Of a stretch of 64,000 bases of DNA, positions 19,125 to 28,119 are shown piece after piece. This stretch comes from an uncultured Myxococcales bacterium (lineage in GTDB: Bacteria; Myxococcota_A; UBA9042). The notes beneath the pieces are model-generated. The model searched no databases, had not been told where the DNA came from, and saw nothing but the letters and a program-made list of their open reading frames with translations. Each line of letters begins with the position of its first letter. Within the stretch, counting starts at the first letter, position 1. Location: positions 14,256 to 78,255 of the forward strand of contig CAIYBN010000039.1 of NCBI GenBank assembly GCA_903924465.1, read 5' to 3'. Both the position numbers and the translations under genes were made by a program.

Positions 19125-19357
19125 ATGACATGACTCTCGATTCGAGTTTTGCCAAGATCGTCACGACCTTCGCCATAGCGCTCTGTTGCGCACGCGGCAC
19201 GGACCGAATGGCTGGACTCGCGGAAGCGGCGAATTCAGCGGCGACTGCCATCACCGGTCCGCCCGGCTGCGGCGACGGCAAGTGCACCATGTCCAAAGAG
19301 AACAGCAACAACCGCGGCACCGATTGCGTTCTGTGACGGCGACGTGGAGAGGATTCC

Positions 19358-20335
19358 ATGAACTATTTCCGATCTGTGTCCCTACCTCTTGTCGCTTTCG
19401 TGTTGTTCGCGACGGGTTGCATCGCACCCGCGACACCGGTCGAAGTCGACGCGGCTGACGCTGCCCCCTCGGATAGCGTGATTGGCGCGGATGACGCGGA
19501 CGCACTGCTCACGGATGCGCCGGCCGACGCCGCGGTGCTCTGCCAGCAACCGCTGAGCGCGATGCCGGCAAACGTGCCGACTACCGTCGCTTCGGCCAAG
19601 TTGGCGGCGCAAGCCGGCTGCGGTAGCTCGCCAAAGTCGGCCGTCTCGGTTGCGTGCCCGGACGGTGGCATCGTGGTCAGCGTGGCAACGGGATTCAGTA
19701 GCCAAACGTGGTGGTTTGCCGCGGACGGCACGCTCATCGGCTTTGGCAATATGATCGACGTGAGCAACGACGGCTGCTTTTTCCGCATGTACGGTCAAAC
19801 CGGCACGTGCACCAACGCGCCTTCCAGTGACCCCGCAAGCACCGGCTTGTGCCCGCCTGTCGACACGACCGACAGTAACGACACCAGCCCCGACGCCACC
19901 GCGCTTTGCGTCGACTCCACGCCGGTCTTCCCCGCGACGGACGTCTCACCGGCCGGCTGCGATCCCGCCAAGCTCGCCGCCATCCTCGCGAACAACGCTT
20001 GGGTCGATCCACCTGGCGGCATGTCCAGCGCCCCGCCGCCCGTTTCGTGCAGCACCTGCGAACCGCTTATCGACGACCACTGCGCGTCCGCGTGCGATTG
20101 CAAGGCGGTTTGGGAAATGGGCTTCACAGTCGCGATTTGCGGTTTGAAATACCTGCCGGCAAATGTTTCAGTGCCCTGGCTTGAATGGGAACAACGTGTG
20201 CCCGGAGCGACTGGCGCTTGTGTGGTGCCGCTCTCGACGTGCGCGGGAGGATTCTCGCCATCCTTCACGACAGTTGCGTCCGGCCTGGACTGCGTCAAAG
20301 GCCACTGCGTGATCGTTCCGATCGGCGGACCCTGA
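19358..20335 (+). CDS. Hypothetical lipoprotein
   Basis: RBS ggagagga. Signal MNYFRSVSLPLVAFVLFATGC followed by an acidic linker. Confidence 0.55.
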   Translation: MNYFRSVSLPLVAFVLFATGCIAPATPVEVDAADAAPSDSVIGADDADALLTDAPADAAVLCQQPLSAMPANVPTTVASAKLAAQAGCGSSPKSAVSVACPDGGIVVSVATGFSSQTWWFAADGTLIGFGNMIDVSNDGCFFRMYGQTGTCTNAPSSDPASTGLCPPVDTTDSNDTSPDATALCVDSTPVFPATDVSPAGCDPAKLAAILANNAWVDPPGGMSSAPPPVSCSTCEPLIDDHCASACDCKAVWEMGFTVAICGLKYLPANVSVPWLEWEQRVPGATGACVVPLSTCAGGFSPSFTTVASGLDCVKGHCVIVPIGGP

Positions 20336-20651
20336 GAGGTGGCTCGACAATCCTTCGAGGTGAAAGGTGGAGGCGGCGAATGGCGAAGAAAGCCCCCATC
20401 GAAACGTCCATCAGCTGCCATCGCCGCGAATCAGCGCATCCCACCGCCGCGTGCTGTCACAAGCAGCCGGCGATGCCTTTGGCGTCGTGCCTCAGTGCCG
20501 GCCGACCAACGAAAGGTCATAGTCTCCGAGTCCATCCTCGGCGCGGGCACGAACCTCGGGAGCGCGCGAACCAGTGCGTGTCTTGAGCTACTGGCGGAGA
20601 TTTCGCGCGAAAAGCGCGCAGATCAGCCGAAGTTGTTACGGAAGGCCATGG

Positions 20652-21248
20652 CTAAGGCGGACAGACCGTGACTCCGCCGCAGATTTCACAGCTTGTCACC
20701 ATTTTGTACAAATCGTCCGGACAAGTGTTTTTCCCCGCGGCAGCCTCACACCGCGCGCTGCTCGCGCCAGCTGATCCGAAGTGGCAGACCTCCCAGCCAC
20801 ACGGGATGCAATCACTTGGAAAACCGCAGCACCGGTCAGAGTTTGGGTCGCAGGCGGCAGTTTCCGTCAGCTCCGCGGCGTCGTAACACCAGTGCGTCGG
20901 TGGCGCCCAGCAGGTGCCATTGCCCGTTGGATCGGCAAGGCCCGATGGCCGATCGGCCTCGCAGACGGGTGACCACGGGGGGTCTGACCATGGCGGATTT
21001 GACTTCGGCGGGCACGTCACAACGATCCCTTCAGGCGCGTCAGCCTGCGTGGCCGACCATGTGTACGTACAGCCGTTCGCGCAGCGCACCGTGGGCTCTG
21101 CACCGTTCGGGCAGTGCGTGTCAAAGACGCCCTCGACCCTCGCCTGCCACGCCGCGCGCAGTTCGGGTGGTGCGGTAGAGTTGCACGCGCCCGCGACGAA
21201 ATGGACGATGGCGGCACAAATGGCGGTGATGCTCACGCGGCTCGACAT
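20652..21248 (-). CDS. Hypothetical Cys-rich lipoprotein
   Basis: Signal MSSRVSITAICAAIVHFVAGAC, followed by a ~180-aa Cys-rich body. Convergent with the upstream operon. Confidence 0.5.
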   Translation of the reverse strand: MSSRVSITAICAAIVHFVAGACNSTAPPELRAAWQARVEGVFDTHCPNGAEPTVRCANGCTYTWSATQADAPEGIVVTCPPKSNPPWSDPPWSPVCEADRPSGLADPTGNGTCWAPPTHWCYDAAELTETAACDPNSDRCCGFPSDCIPCGWEVCHFGSAGASSARCEAAAGKNTCPDDLYKMVTSCEICGGVTVCPP

Positions 21249-21343
21249 GGCCAGAGTGTACCGCACTTTGCGCCGCTATGGCGACGGTTCGGCCCAGAAC
21301 CAGCCGCCGACGTTGATGCCGCCAAGCAGGAAGGTGTGACGGC

Positions 21344-23251
21344 TCACGGGCAGGAGCGGATGACCTGCACGTCGTCGATCAGGATTCCCAACGTGCCGTT
21401 GTTGCTGGCATCGACCGTGTCAAAATTCAACTGGAAGTTGGCGTTCGCAGTGCCCTTCAAGTTGCTGATGTCCAGCGCCACGATATTCCACGCCGAATAC
21501 AGCAGCCCGGCGGTCGCCTTGCTCCAGATCGTATTGAACTGGCCCAACAGCGAAAACGTGTCGAACGCCGGATCGCTTTCAATCGCGGGATAGATCTTGA
21601 ACTTCAGCGTCAACTTGGTGGCGTTTGGTAGCGCCGTTGAGAAAACCCAGGAGCCGCTGTTGATGCCGTTGGGTCCGAAGGCGTAGTTCTGCGTGACGGG
21701 GCTGCCATAGTACAACACGGAAACGCCGGACTGCGCCTTGCCGCTGCCATTCCACACCTGCCAACCGTTGCCGGGGCCGCCGTTGCCGCTGATGCCGCCG
21801 TGGGTGCTGCCGTCCTCAAAGTCGGCCGACCAGACGATGGGGTTGCAGCAATTCGGCCCGTCGATCGCCGCGTGCGCGCAGCTGCTCGGCGTGCCGGCAA
21901 CGCAGGTGTCGGTTGTGCACGGGTCCTTGTCGTCGCAGTCGGCATTGGTCGTGCAACAGGTCGTCGTGTGGATGCAGCCTTTGACCTTGTCGCAGCTGTC
22001 GATCGTGCAGCCATTGCCGTCATCGCAGCCGAGCGCCGTGGTCGTGCAGCCTTTGGTCGTGTCGCAGCCGTCGGTCGTGCATGCGTCGCCGTCGTTGCAC
22101 AGCTTGGTCGTGTAGCCCATGCCGTCGCCGTTGCATGTGCCGAAAGTCGTGCCGCTGCAGCTGAAGGTACCCGCCGCACACACCAGCTTCTGGCACGCGC
22201 CATCGACGCAAGTTTGTTGTTTGGCAGTGCAATCGTCGCTGGGCGATGCGCCCGTACCGCTGGCATTGCAGATCGCGACTTTGTTGTCGCTACACATTGC
22301 AGCGAATGGCTTGCAGATCGCGCTGATGCACTTGCCGGCGTCGCAAGCAAGCCCGATGCCACATTTTTGGTTATCATAGCCGGTGCCGTCGCTTTTGCAG
22401 GTCGCAAGCGTCTGCGGGTCGGCGCAGATCGCACTGCCCGCCTGACACGCCATCGGCACGCACTGGCCGCCGAGGCAAACGTTTTTGGCATTGCTGGTTG
22501 GGTCGCACAGGTCCGCCTGGCTGAGCGCGGTCCCAGTTGCGTCACACAGCACCACCTTCAAGGCGCCGTCGCAACTTTTTTGGTTGGGCGCGCAGATCAC
22601 CGGCTTGCAGGTGTTGTTCAAGCAAGTCTTGTCGCCGCCGCACTGGCTGGTGGTCCAGGCGGAACCGTCGGCGGCGCAGACAGTTAGGCTCGCGGACGAC
22701 GCGCATTTCGCCGTGCCAGGCTTGCAGACCATTGGCACGCAGACGGTTTCTTTGCAAGCCATGTTGGCGGGGCAATCCGGTGCGCTGACACACGCGACGC
22801 AGACGCCCAAGGACTTGTCGCAAACGCTGTCGGCTGGGCACCCCTTGGTCGTCTGGCACGGCGTCGGCGGCGCCAGGCATTTGTTCGCTTTGCAGCTTTG
22901 GCCCTTGGGGCAGTCGGTATCGCTCAAACAGGTGACGCAGACGCCGGCCTGCATGTCGCAGACCTGACCGCTGGCCTGACACTGCTTGTCGGAAGCGCAG
23001 GCCGTTTGCGGCACACAGGCGCCTGCAAGGCAGAGGTCCGTCGCGCCAGGGCAGTCGGACGAGACCGTGCAGGCGCCACCGGCCACGTCGCTCATGTTGC
23101 CAGTGTCGCTGGTGGGTGTGGCGTCCTCAGCGCTGTCGAAGACGCTGGATGTGTCGACAACACCTGGGCCAGTGATGGGATCATTGGCGCCACAGCTGGC
23201 AAGAAAAAGGGCGAAAACGATGCAAAATGGCGCGCTTCGTGAGCAATGCAT
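21344..23251 (-). CDS. Large lipoprotein with tandem Cys-rich repeats (CVxCxSDxDCP... and CxxDxDCxxxDxC) and a Cys-poor C-terminal ~170-aa beta-rich domain
   Basis: Start at Met164 of the track ORF (cat at 23249-23251). Signal MHCSRSAPFCIVFALFLASCG. Repeats such as GVCVTCLSDTDCPKGQSC and GVCVACVSAPDCPANMAC. C-terminus ...GTLGILIDDVQVIRSCP. Confidence 0.6.
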   Translation of the reverse strand: MHCSRSAPFCIVFALFLASCGANDPITGPGVVDTSSVFDSAEDATPTSDTGNMSDVAGGACTVSSDCPGATDLCLAGACVPQTACASDKQCQASGQVCDMQAGVCVTCLSDTDCPKGQSCKANKCLAPPTPCQTTKGCPADSVCDKSLGVCVACVSAPDCPANMACKETVCVPMVCKPGTAKCASSASLTVCAADGSAWTTSQCGGDKTCLNNTCKPVICAPNQKSCDGALKVVLCDATGTALSQADLCDPTSNAKNVCLGGQCVPMACQAGSAICADPQTLATCKSDGTGYDNQKCGIGLACDAGKCISAICKPFAAMCSDNKVAICNASGTGASPSDDCTAKQQTCVDGACQKLVCAAGTFSCSGTTFGTCNGDGMGYTTKLCNDGDACTTDGCDTTKGCTTTALGCDDGNGCTIDSCDKVKGCIHTTTCCTTNADCDDKDPCTTDTCVAGTPSSCAHAAIDGPNCCNPIVWSADFEDGSTHGGISGNGGPGNGWQVWNGSGKAQSGVSVLYYGSPVTQNYAFGPNGINSGSWVFSTALPNATKLTLKFKIYPAIESDPAFDTFSLLGQFNTIWSKATAGLLYSAWNIVALDISNLKGTANANFQLNFDTVDASNNGTLGILIDDVQVIRSCP

Positions 23252-23580
23252 GGGTCCCCCGTGGCAGCTGTGGCGCCGGTCAGCGTGGCGCGACTTGCCG
23301 GGAGCGTACCAGATTCCAGCCAACGCGACAGTTCCTGCGTAAGCACCTGACCTCGACGGGTCATGGGAAAAACCGAACCGTTTGACAGTTGACAGCGACA
23401 CGCCAAGATTCGAGGCAGCTTGCCAGCACCGCTGCAACAACTGCCGATGGTGTTCGCGGTTCGACACGTGGGATGGCAAAAGGGTTTGGCGGCGAAGCGA
23501 CGTCGCACAATCCGGCAGACAGCGCAGACGGGACTGCAAGGGCGCCCGTCTTCGACGCCGTTGCCTGAAGGGGAGTCGCC

Positions 23581-23907
23581 ATGCGTGCTTTCGCTGTTCT
23601 CGCCGCTGTGGCACTTGGGGCTGCTTGTGGCAAATTTCCGCAAGTCGCGGGCGAAAACGCGGCAGTCGCGGCCGATTCAAGCACGGATGTCGCTGAATTT
23701 GACACAGCGACGGATGCAGCCACAGCAGATTCGGCCGCAACCGATGTCGCCGCCGACGTGCTCATTTGCACGGCGCCGACGCCAATCAAACTCGCCACGG
23801 GTCAATGCGTCGCATGCACCAACGACATCCATTGCGCCGCAAGCCAGGCGGGCAAGAAGTGCAACCTCGCCTCCAACGTCTGCGAAGCCGCGCCAGACAC
23901 GAGCTAG
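23581..23907 (+). CDS. Small Cys-containing lipoprotein, possibly the 5' part of a frameshifted gene that continues to 24211
   Basis: RBS ggggag. Signal MRAFAVLAAVALGAACG, an acidic linker and one CVACTNDIHC motif before the stop. A second copy of the motif (CVACVSDADCASKQ) appears in the +1 frame further downstream. Confidence 0.4.
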   Translation: MRAFAVLAAVALGAACGKFPQVAGENAAVAADSSTDVAEFDTATDAATADSAATDVAADVLICTAPTPIKLATGQCVACTNDIHCAASQAGKKCNLASNVCEAAPDTS

Positions 23908-24739
23908 ACATGCTGACCTATGTCCAACATCAAGTTCTTCCGGTCAGACCTGTTGCATGTCGGACTGGACCGCGAGCGTGCACCTTTGGTGGCACGCCGC
24001 GGATGAAAGCGGCTTGATCTCGAACTTCGGTCGGAGTGTATACATCTGCAAAACCTGCGTCGCTCCCTACCCAAGCTGCGTGCAAATCAACGAAACGTGG
24101 TCGTGCGTCGCGTGCGTGAGCGACGCGGATTGTGCGAGCAAGCAAACGCCGACCTACAGCCCTGTGACGTTGTCACAAGCGAATCAAATGTCCGCATCCA
24201 GTAGCACATGAAATGTCCGCTTTTTGAGCCTGATGCACGCTGCACGCGGGAGGGGCGATGCAGTACAGCCAAGCAGCGGCGTACGAGGTGCGGAGATGGC
24301 ATGTGGAACGGCATGGCGGTTGCGGGTTTTGTGCACCCGATGCTGCGGCACGTGCGCCACGGGCGGGTTTGGGCATGCGGCTGTTTGAACGGGCGGAAAG
24401 CAGTTGGCCGACGGCGTGGGGTTATGCAAGTCCGGCGTGCCACTGGCTTGCTGGGAAGATGCGACGTGAGAGGTGTGCAGAACCGGCGCGGCGTCGTCCC
24501 GACTTGCCATTGGTGTAAAATACACAGCAAAGTCAACTTTGACAGGCTTCGCAGCCACGCGCATCATGGCGGAGTGCGCACTGCAGTGGGCACCATCGCT
24601 CGCTCAATGGCGCGCGGTGCGCGGATGGAGGCGACAGGGCAGGCGAGATGGCGGTTGGAAGTCCGACGCATGGCGTGAAGCGGCGCGGTTGGGTTCTGCG
24701 GTAATCAGGCTTTGGCGCGGCCGGCCGGGAGATTGAGGC

Positions 24740-26389
24740 ATGGAACGGTTCACCGAGGGCATGGCAGATCGCCCGGAGCCGGTCTACGACCTCCTCGTCA
24801 TCGGCGGCGGCATCACTGGGGCGGCCGTCGCCTACGACGCCGCCCGGCGTGGCCTCACCGTGGCCCTGGTCGAGAAGCAGGACTTCGGCTGCGCCACCTC
24901 CGCGGCCACGTCCAAGCTCATTCACGGCGGCTTCCGCTATCTTGCCAACCTCCAGTTCGGCGTCGTGCGCGAGTCGTTGCGAGAGCGGCGGATTCTGGAG
25001 GACATCGCACCGAACTTTGTGTACCCGCTCCCGTGCGTGCTGACCGCGTACGGCAACGGCAAGTTCGACCGGCCGGCGGCACTTCGCGTCGGAATGGGAT
25101 TGTACGATCTTCTCTCTTTTGACAAGAAGCGGACGCGCGACCCGGCCAAGGCTCTCCCCTCACATCGGATGGTGGACGCCGAGGAAGCGGCCCATCTGGA
25201 ACCTGTTATCAAGCCCAATGGCCTGCTCGGCGCCGCGCTTTACTGGGACTGCCAAAACATAGACCCAGAGAGGCTGTCGTTGGCGTTCATTCGCTCCGCG
25301 GTCAAGCATGGCGCGCAGGTGGCCAACTATGCCCGGGTCGAGCATTTTCTGGTCGAGGAAGGCCGGGTCCAGGGCGCCGTCGTTCGCGACATGTTGACCA
25401 ACCGGACCGTCGAGGTCAAAGCCGCACTCACCGTCAATAGCGCTGGGCCGTGGGCCGACCTGCTCCTCGGCCTCCTCCCCGGGCGCGCCAGCGGCAAGAA
25501 GCTGCGTCGTTCTGAGGGGATCCACCTCGTGGTCAAGAAACGGGTCGATCGTCACTTGGTCGGCGGGGTCGGTCGCACCGGCAGCCACTTCTTCATGATT
25601 CCCTGGCGCGGCCACACGCTGGTTGGCATCACAGACACGGAGTACCTGGGCGACCCGGACGACTACCGCGTGACCCGGACTGCGATGGAGGCGTTGCTCG
25701 ATGGGGTCAACAGCGCTTTTGTCGCCGAGCCAATCGTTCCGGCGGACGTCGTGCATGTTTTCGGCGGGCTGCGTCCGCTGGTGGACGACGGCACGGAGAA
25801 GGTTCGCGATGCGTCGCGTCGGCACGAGGTCCACGACAATGGCAAGGACGGTTTTGAGGGCCTATTGACGGTGACCGGCGGCAAATTTACCACCAGTCGT
25901 CACCTCGCCGACGCGGTCTTGAAGCGGGTCGGCAGCAAGCTCGGAAGGAAGCTGACGCCATGCTCAACCGCGGACGAGCGACTCGCGGGCTGCGAAATGG
26001 ACGACGTCGAGGCCTTCGTCGAGGGTGCCAAGCTGGCCAACCCGGGAATCGCGCCCCACACCATTGATTGGCTGGCCCGTCACTATGGCACGGACTACCC
26101 GGCCGTGCTCGAGCTCGGCCGCACGGACTCAACGCTTCTGGCGCCGCTGGACGCCGACGGTGAGATCGCTGCGCAGGCGCTGTACGCGGTTCACGCGGAG
26201 ATGGCTCGCACCCTGGCTGATGTGGTGCTCAGGCGGACTGGCTTCGGTACCCTCGGCTGGCCGGGCGACCAAGTCATCGGCCAAATCGCCGAAGTGACCG
26301 CGCGCGCGCTGGGTTGGGATCAGGCCCGCACCGAGCGGGAAGTCTTGCAGGTCCGAACCTTACTCACCCTTCCAACCTGGAACGCCTGA
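24740..26389 (+). CDS. glpD: FAD-dependent glycerol-3-phosphate dehydrogenase (GlpD/GlpA family)
   Basis: YDLLVIGGGITGAAVAYDAARRGL (FAD GxGxxG) and the hallmark ATSAATSKLIHGGFRYL. About 549 aa, with RBS gggag 8 nt upstream. Confidence 0.8.
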   Translation: MERFTEGMADRPEPVYDLLVIGGGITGAAVAYDAARRGLTVALVEKQDFGCATSAATSKLIHGGFRYLANLQFGVVRESLRERRILEDIAPNFVYPLPCVLTAYGNGKFDRPAALRVGMGLYDLLSFDKKRTRDPAKALPSHRMVDAEEAAHLEPVIKPNGLLGAALYWDCQNIDPERLSLAFIRSAVKHGAQVANYARVEHFLVEEGRVQGAVVRDMLTNRTVEVKAALTVNSAGPWADLLLGLLPGRASGKKLRRSEGIHLVVKKRVDRHLVGGVGRTGSHFFMIPWRGHTLVGITDTEYLGDPDDYRVTRTAMEALLDGVNSAFVAEPIVPADVVHVFGGLRPLVDDGTEKVRDASRRHEVHDNGKDGFEGLLTVTGGKFTTSRHLADAVLKRVGSKLGRKLTPCSTADERLAGCEMDDVEAFVEGAKLANPGIAPHTIDWLARHYGTDYPAVLELGRTDSTLLAPLDADGEIAAQALYAVHAEMARTLADVVLRRTGFGTLGWPGDQVIGQIAEVTARALGWDQARTEREVLQVRTLLTLPTWNA

Positions 26390-26403
26390 ACGGAGAATCG
26401 AAC

Positions 26404-28098
26404 ATGTCCTCGCCTCACGAGTTGCAGCCCAACTGGAGTAATGCCGTCGCAGCTCCCGATTCCTACCGATCGGTTTTCAAATACGCCCCGGACAAGTTCA
26501 AGCACCCCAGTCCCGGCTGGGTCGAGGTGTTCAAGTCGGAGTTCGCCATGACTGACGCGGACTTCCAGCAGCGCCGGTTGACCGGAGACGAGGCAGTGCA
26601 GGTGGAGCGAAAGTGCGCCCTCACTTCAGAGCAAATCGAGGCATTCGCCCAGATTGTCGGCCGCGACAACGTCGCCACTGACGACTACAGCCGGGCAAAG
26701 TACGGCACAGGCAAGGCGATGGACGAGGACATGGACCTGCGCGCCCACGTCGTCCGCGGCGCCGTCGATCTGGTCCTGCACCCCCGCAACACCCAGGACG
26801 TCATCCACATCGTCGCGTACTGCAACGCCGCGCGGATCGCCATCACCCCATATGGCGGCGGGTCGGGCTGTGTCGTCGGCAACCAGGCCGATCGCGGGGG
26901 CGTGGCAGTGGTGATGCGCACGCACATGAACAAGATCGTCAGGCTCGATGAGGAGAACCAGGTCTGCCACGTGCAGCCGGGCATGATGGGGCCGGACTAC
27001 GAGGGGGCGCTAAATCGCGCGCCGGAACTGTTCGGTGCCAAGCGTGCCTACACCTGCGGCCATTTTCCCCAGTCGTTCGAATTGGCGTCTGTGGGTGGCT
27101 GGATTACCGCCCTCGGTTCAGGCCAAGCCTCGACGTACTATGGTGACGCCTGCGACATCGTGCAAAGCCAAGAGTACGTCACGCCGGCGGGCATTATCAA
27201 GACCAGCGATATCCCGGCCAGCGCCGCCGGACCGAAAGTGAACGACATCCTCAAAGGCAATGAGGGGACCTTTGGCATTTTGGTCGACGTCGGGATGAAG
27301 ATCTTTCGCCACCGGCCAGAAAACACCCAGCGTTTTGCCTACATGTACCCGAATTGGCAGGCAGCAGTGGACGCCAGCCGCGAGATCGTCCAGGGCGAGT
27401 TCGGCAAACCCGCCGTCTTCCGCATCTCCGATCCTGAGGAAACTGAGCTGGGACTCAAACTCAAGGGCTTCGACGCCAGTTGGGGCAATTCCCTCCTACA
27501 GGCGTTTGGCCAGCAGCGCATGCAGCGCTGTCTGGGCGTGGGCACCGTCGAGGGCGAAAAGGGCTTCGCTGTCAACGTCAAGAAGAACGTATCGCGGATC
27601 GCACGGGCCCACGGCGCCTTGCCCCTGAGCGGTTGGGCCACCAAGCAGTGGGAGCACGGCCGCTACTCAGACGTTCACATGCGCGAGGACATGCTCGACT
27701 TCGGCATCCTGATCGACACGCTGGAGACCGGGGTTACCTGGGACAACCTGATGAATGTGCACCGGGGAGTTCGCGAATTCGTCAAGCAACGGCCCGGCAC
27801 GATCTGCATGACCCACGCCTCGCACTTCTATCCGCAGGGGACCAACCTCTACTTCATCCTCATCATGAAGCCAAAGGATCACGACGAGTTCAAGCGGTTC
27901 CGCGCCGATGTGGTTTCCAAGATCGTGGAGTTGGGCGGCTCGCTTAGTCACCATCACGGCGTGGGCCGACTTTTTGCCCCGTGGATGGAGCGTTCGCTCG
28001 GCCGGGAGCAGATGGAGGTGCTGAGGGCGCTCAAGCGTCACTTTGACCCCAACGATATCATGAACCCGGGCGCTATCTTTGGGCCCATGGCCGGATAG
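26404..28098 (+). CDS. FAD-linked oxidase of the alkyldihydroxyacetone-phosphate synthase (AGPS) type
   Basis: A PCMH-type FAD-binding domain (ITPYGGGSGCVVG) lies after a ~130-aa N-terminal extension. A C-terminal HHHGVG loop matches the His-His-His catalytic loop described for eukaryotic AGPS. The product call rests on this loop and on gene context. Confidence 0.55.
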   Translation: MSSPHELQPNWSNAVAAPDSYRSVFKYAPDKFKHPSPGWVEVFKSEFAMTDADFQQRRLTGDEAVQVERKCALTSEQIEAFAQIVGRDNVATDDYSRAKYGTGKAMDEDMDLRAHVVRGAVDLVLHPRNTQDVIHIVAYCNAARIAITPYGGGSGCVVGNQADRGGVAVVMRTHMNKIVRLDEENQVCHVQPGMMGPDYEGALNRAPELFGAKRAYTCGHFPQSFELASVGGWITALGSGQASTYYGDACDIVQSQEYVTPAGIIKTSDIPASAAGPKVNDILKGNEGTFGILVDVGMKIFRHRPENTQRFAYMYPNWQAAVDASREIVQGEFGKPAVFRISDPEETELGLKLKGFDASWGNSLLQAFGQQRMQRCLGVGTVEGEKGFAVNVKKNVSRIARAHGALPLSGWATKQWEHGRYSDVHMREDMLDFGILIDTLETGVTWDNLMNVHRGVREFVKQRPGTICMTHASHFYPQGTNLYFILIMKPKDHDEFKRFRADVVSKIVELGGSLSHHHGVGRLFAPWMERSLGREQMEVLRALKRHFDPNDIMNPGAIFGPMAG

Positions 28099-28119
28099 CT
28101 GGTCCCTCTGGAGCCGCGC

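Noticed and set aside
23382-23394. Tandem TTGACATTGACA (two perfect sigma-70 -35 hexamers) about 190 nt upstream of the small lipoprotein gene
   Set aside because: No acceptable -10 element at 16-18 nt spacing (best is AAGATT). The spacing to the gene is long. It may be a chance occurrence or a non-sigma-70 site.
24212-24739. ORFs 24087..24536 (-), 24184..24567 (-) and 24208..24678 (+) upstream of glpD
   Set aside because: Overlapping, compositionally biased, no RBS or motifs. The region is probably the glpD promoter/leader plus the decayed 3' end of the frameshifted lipoprotein gene.
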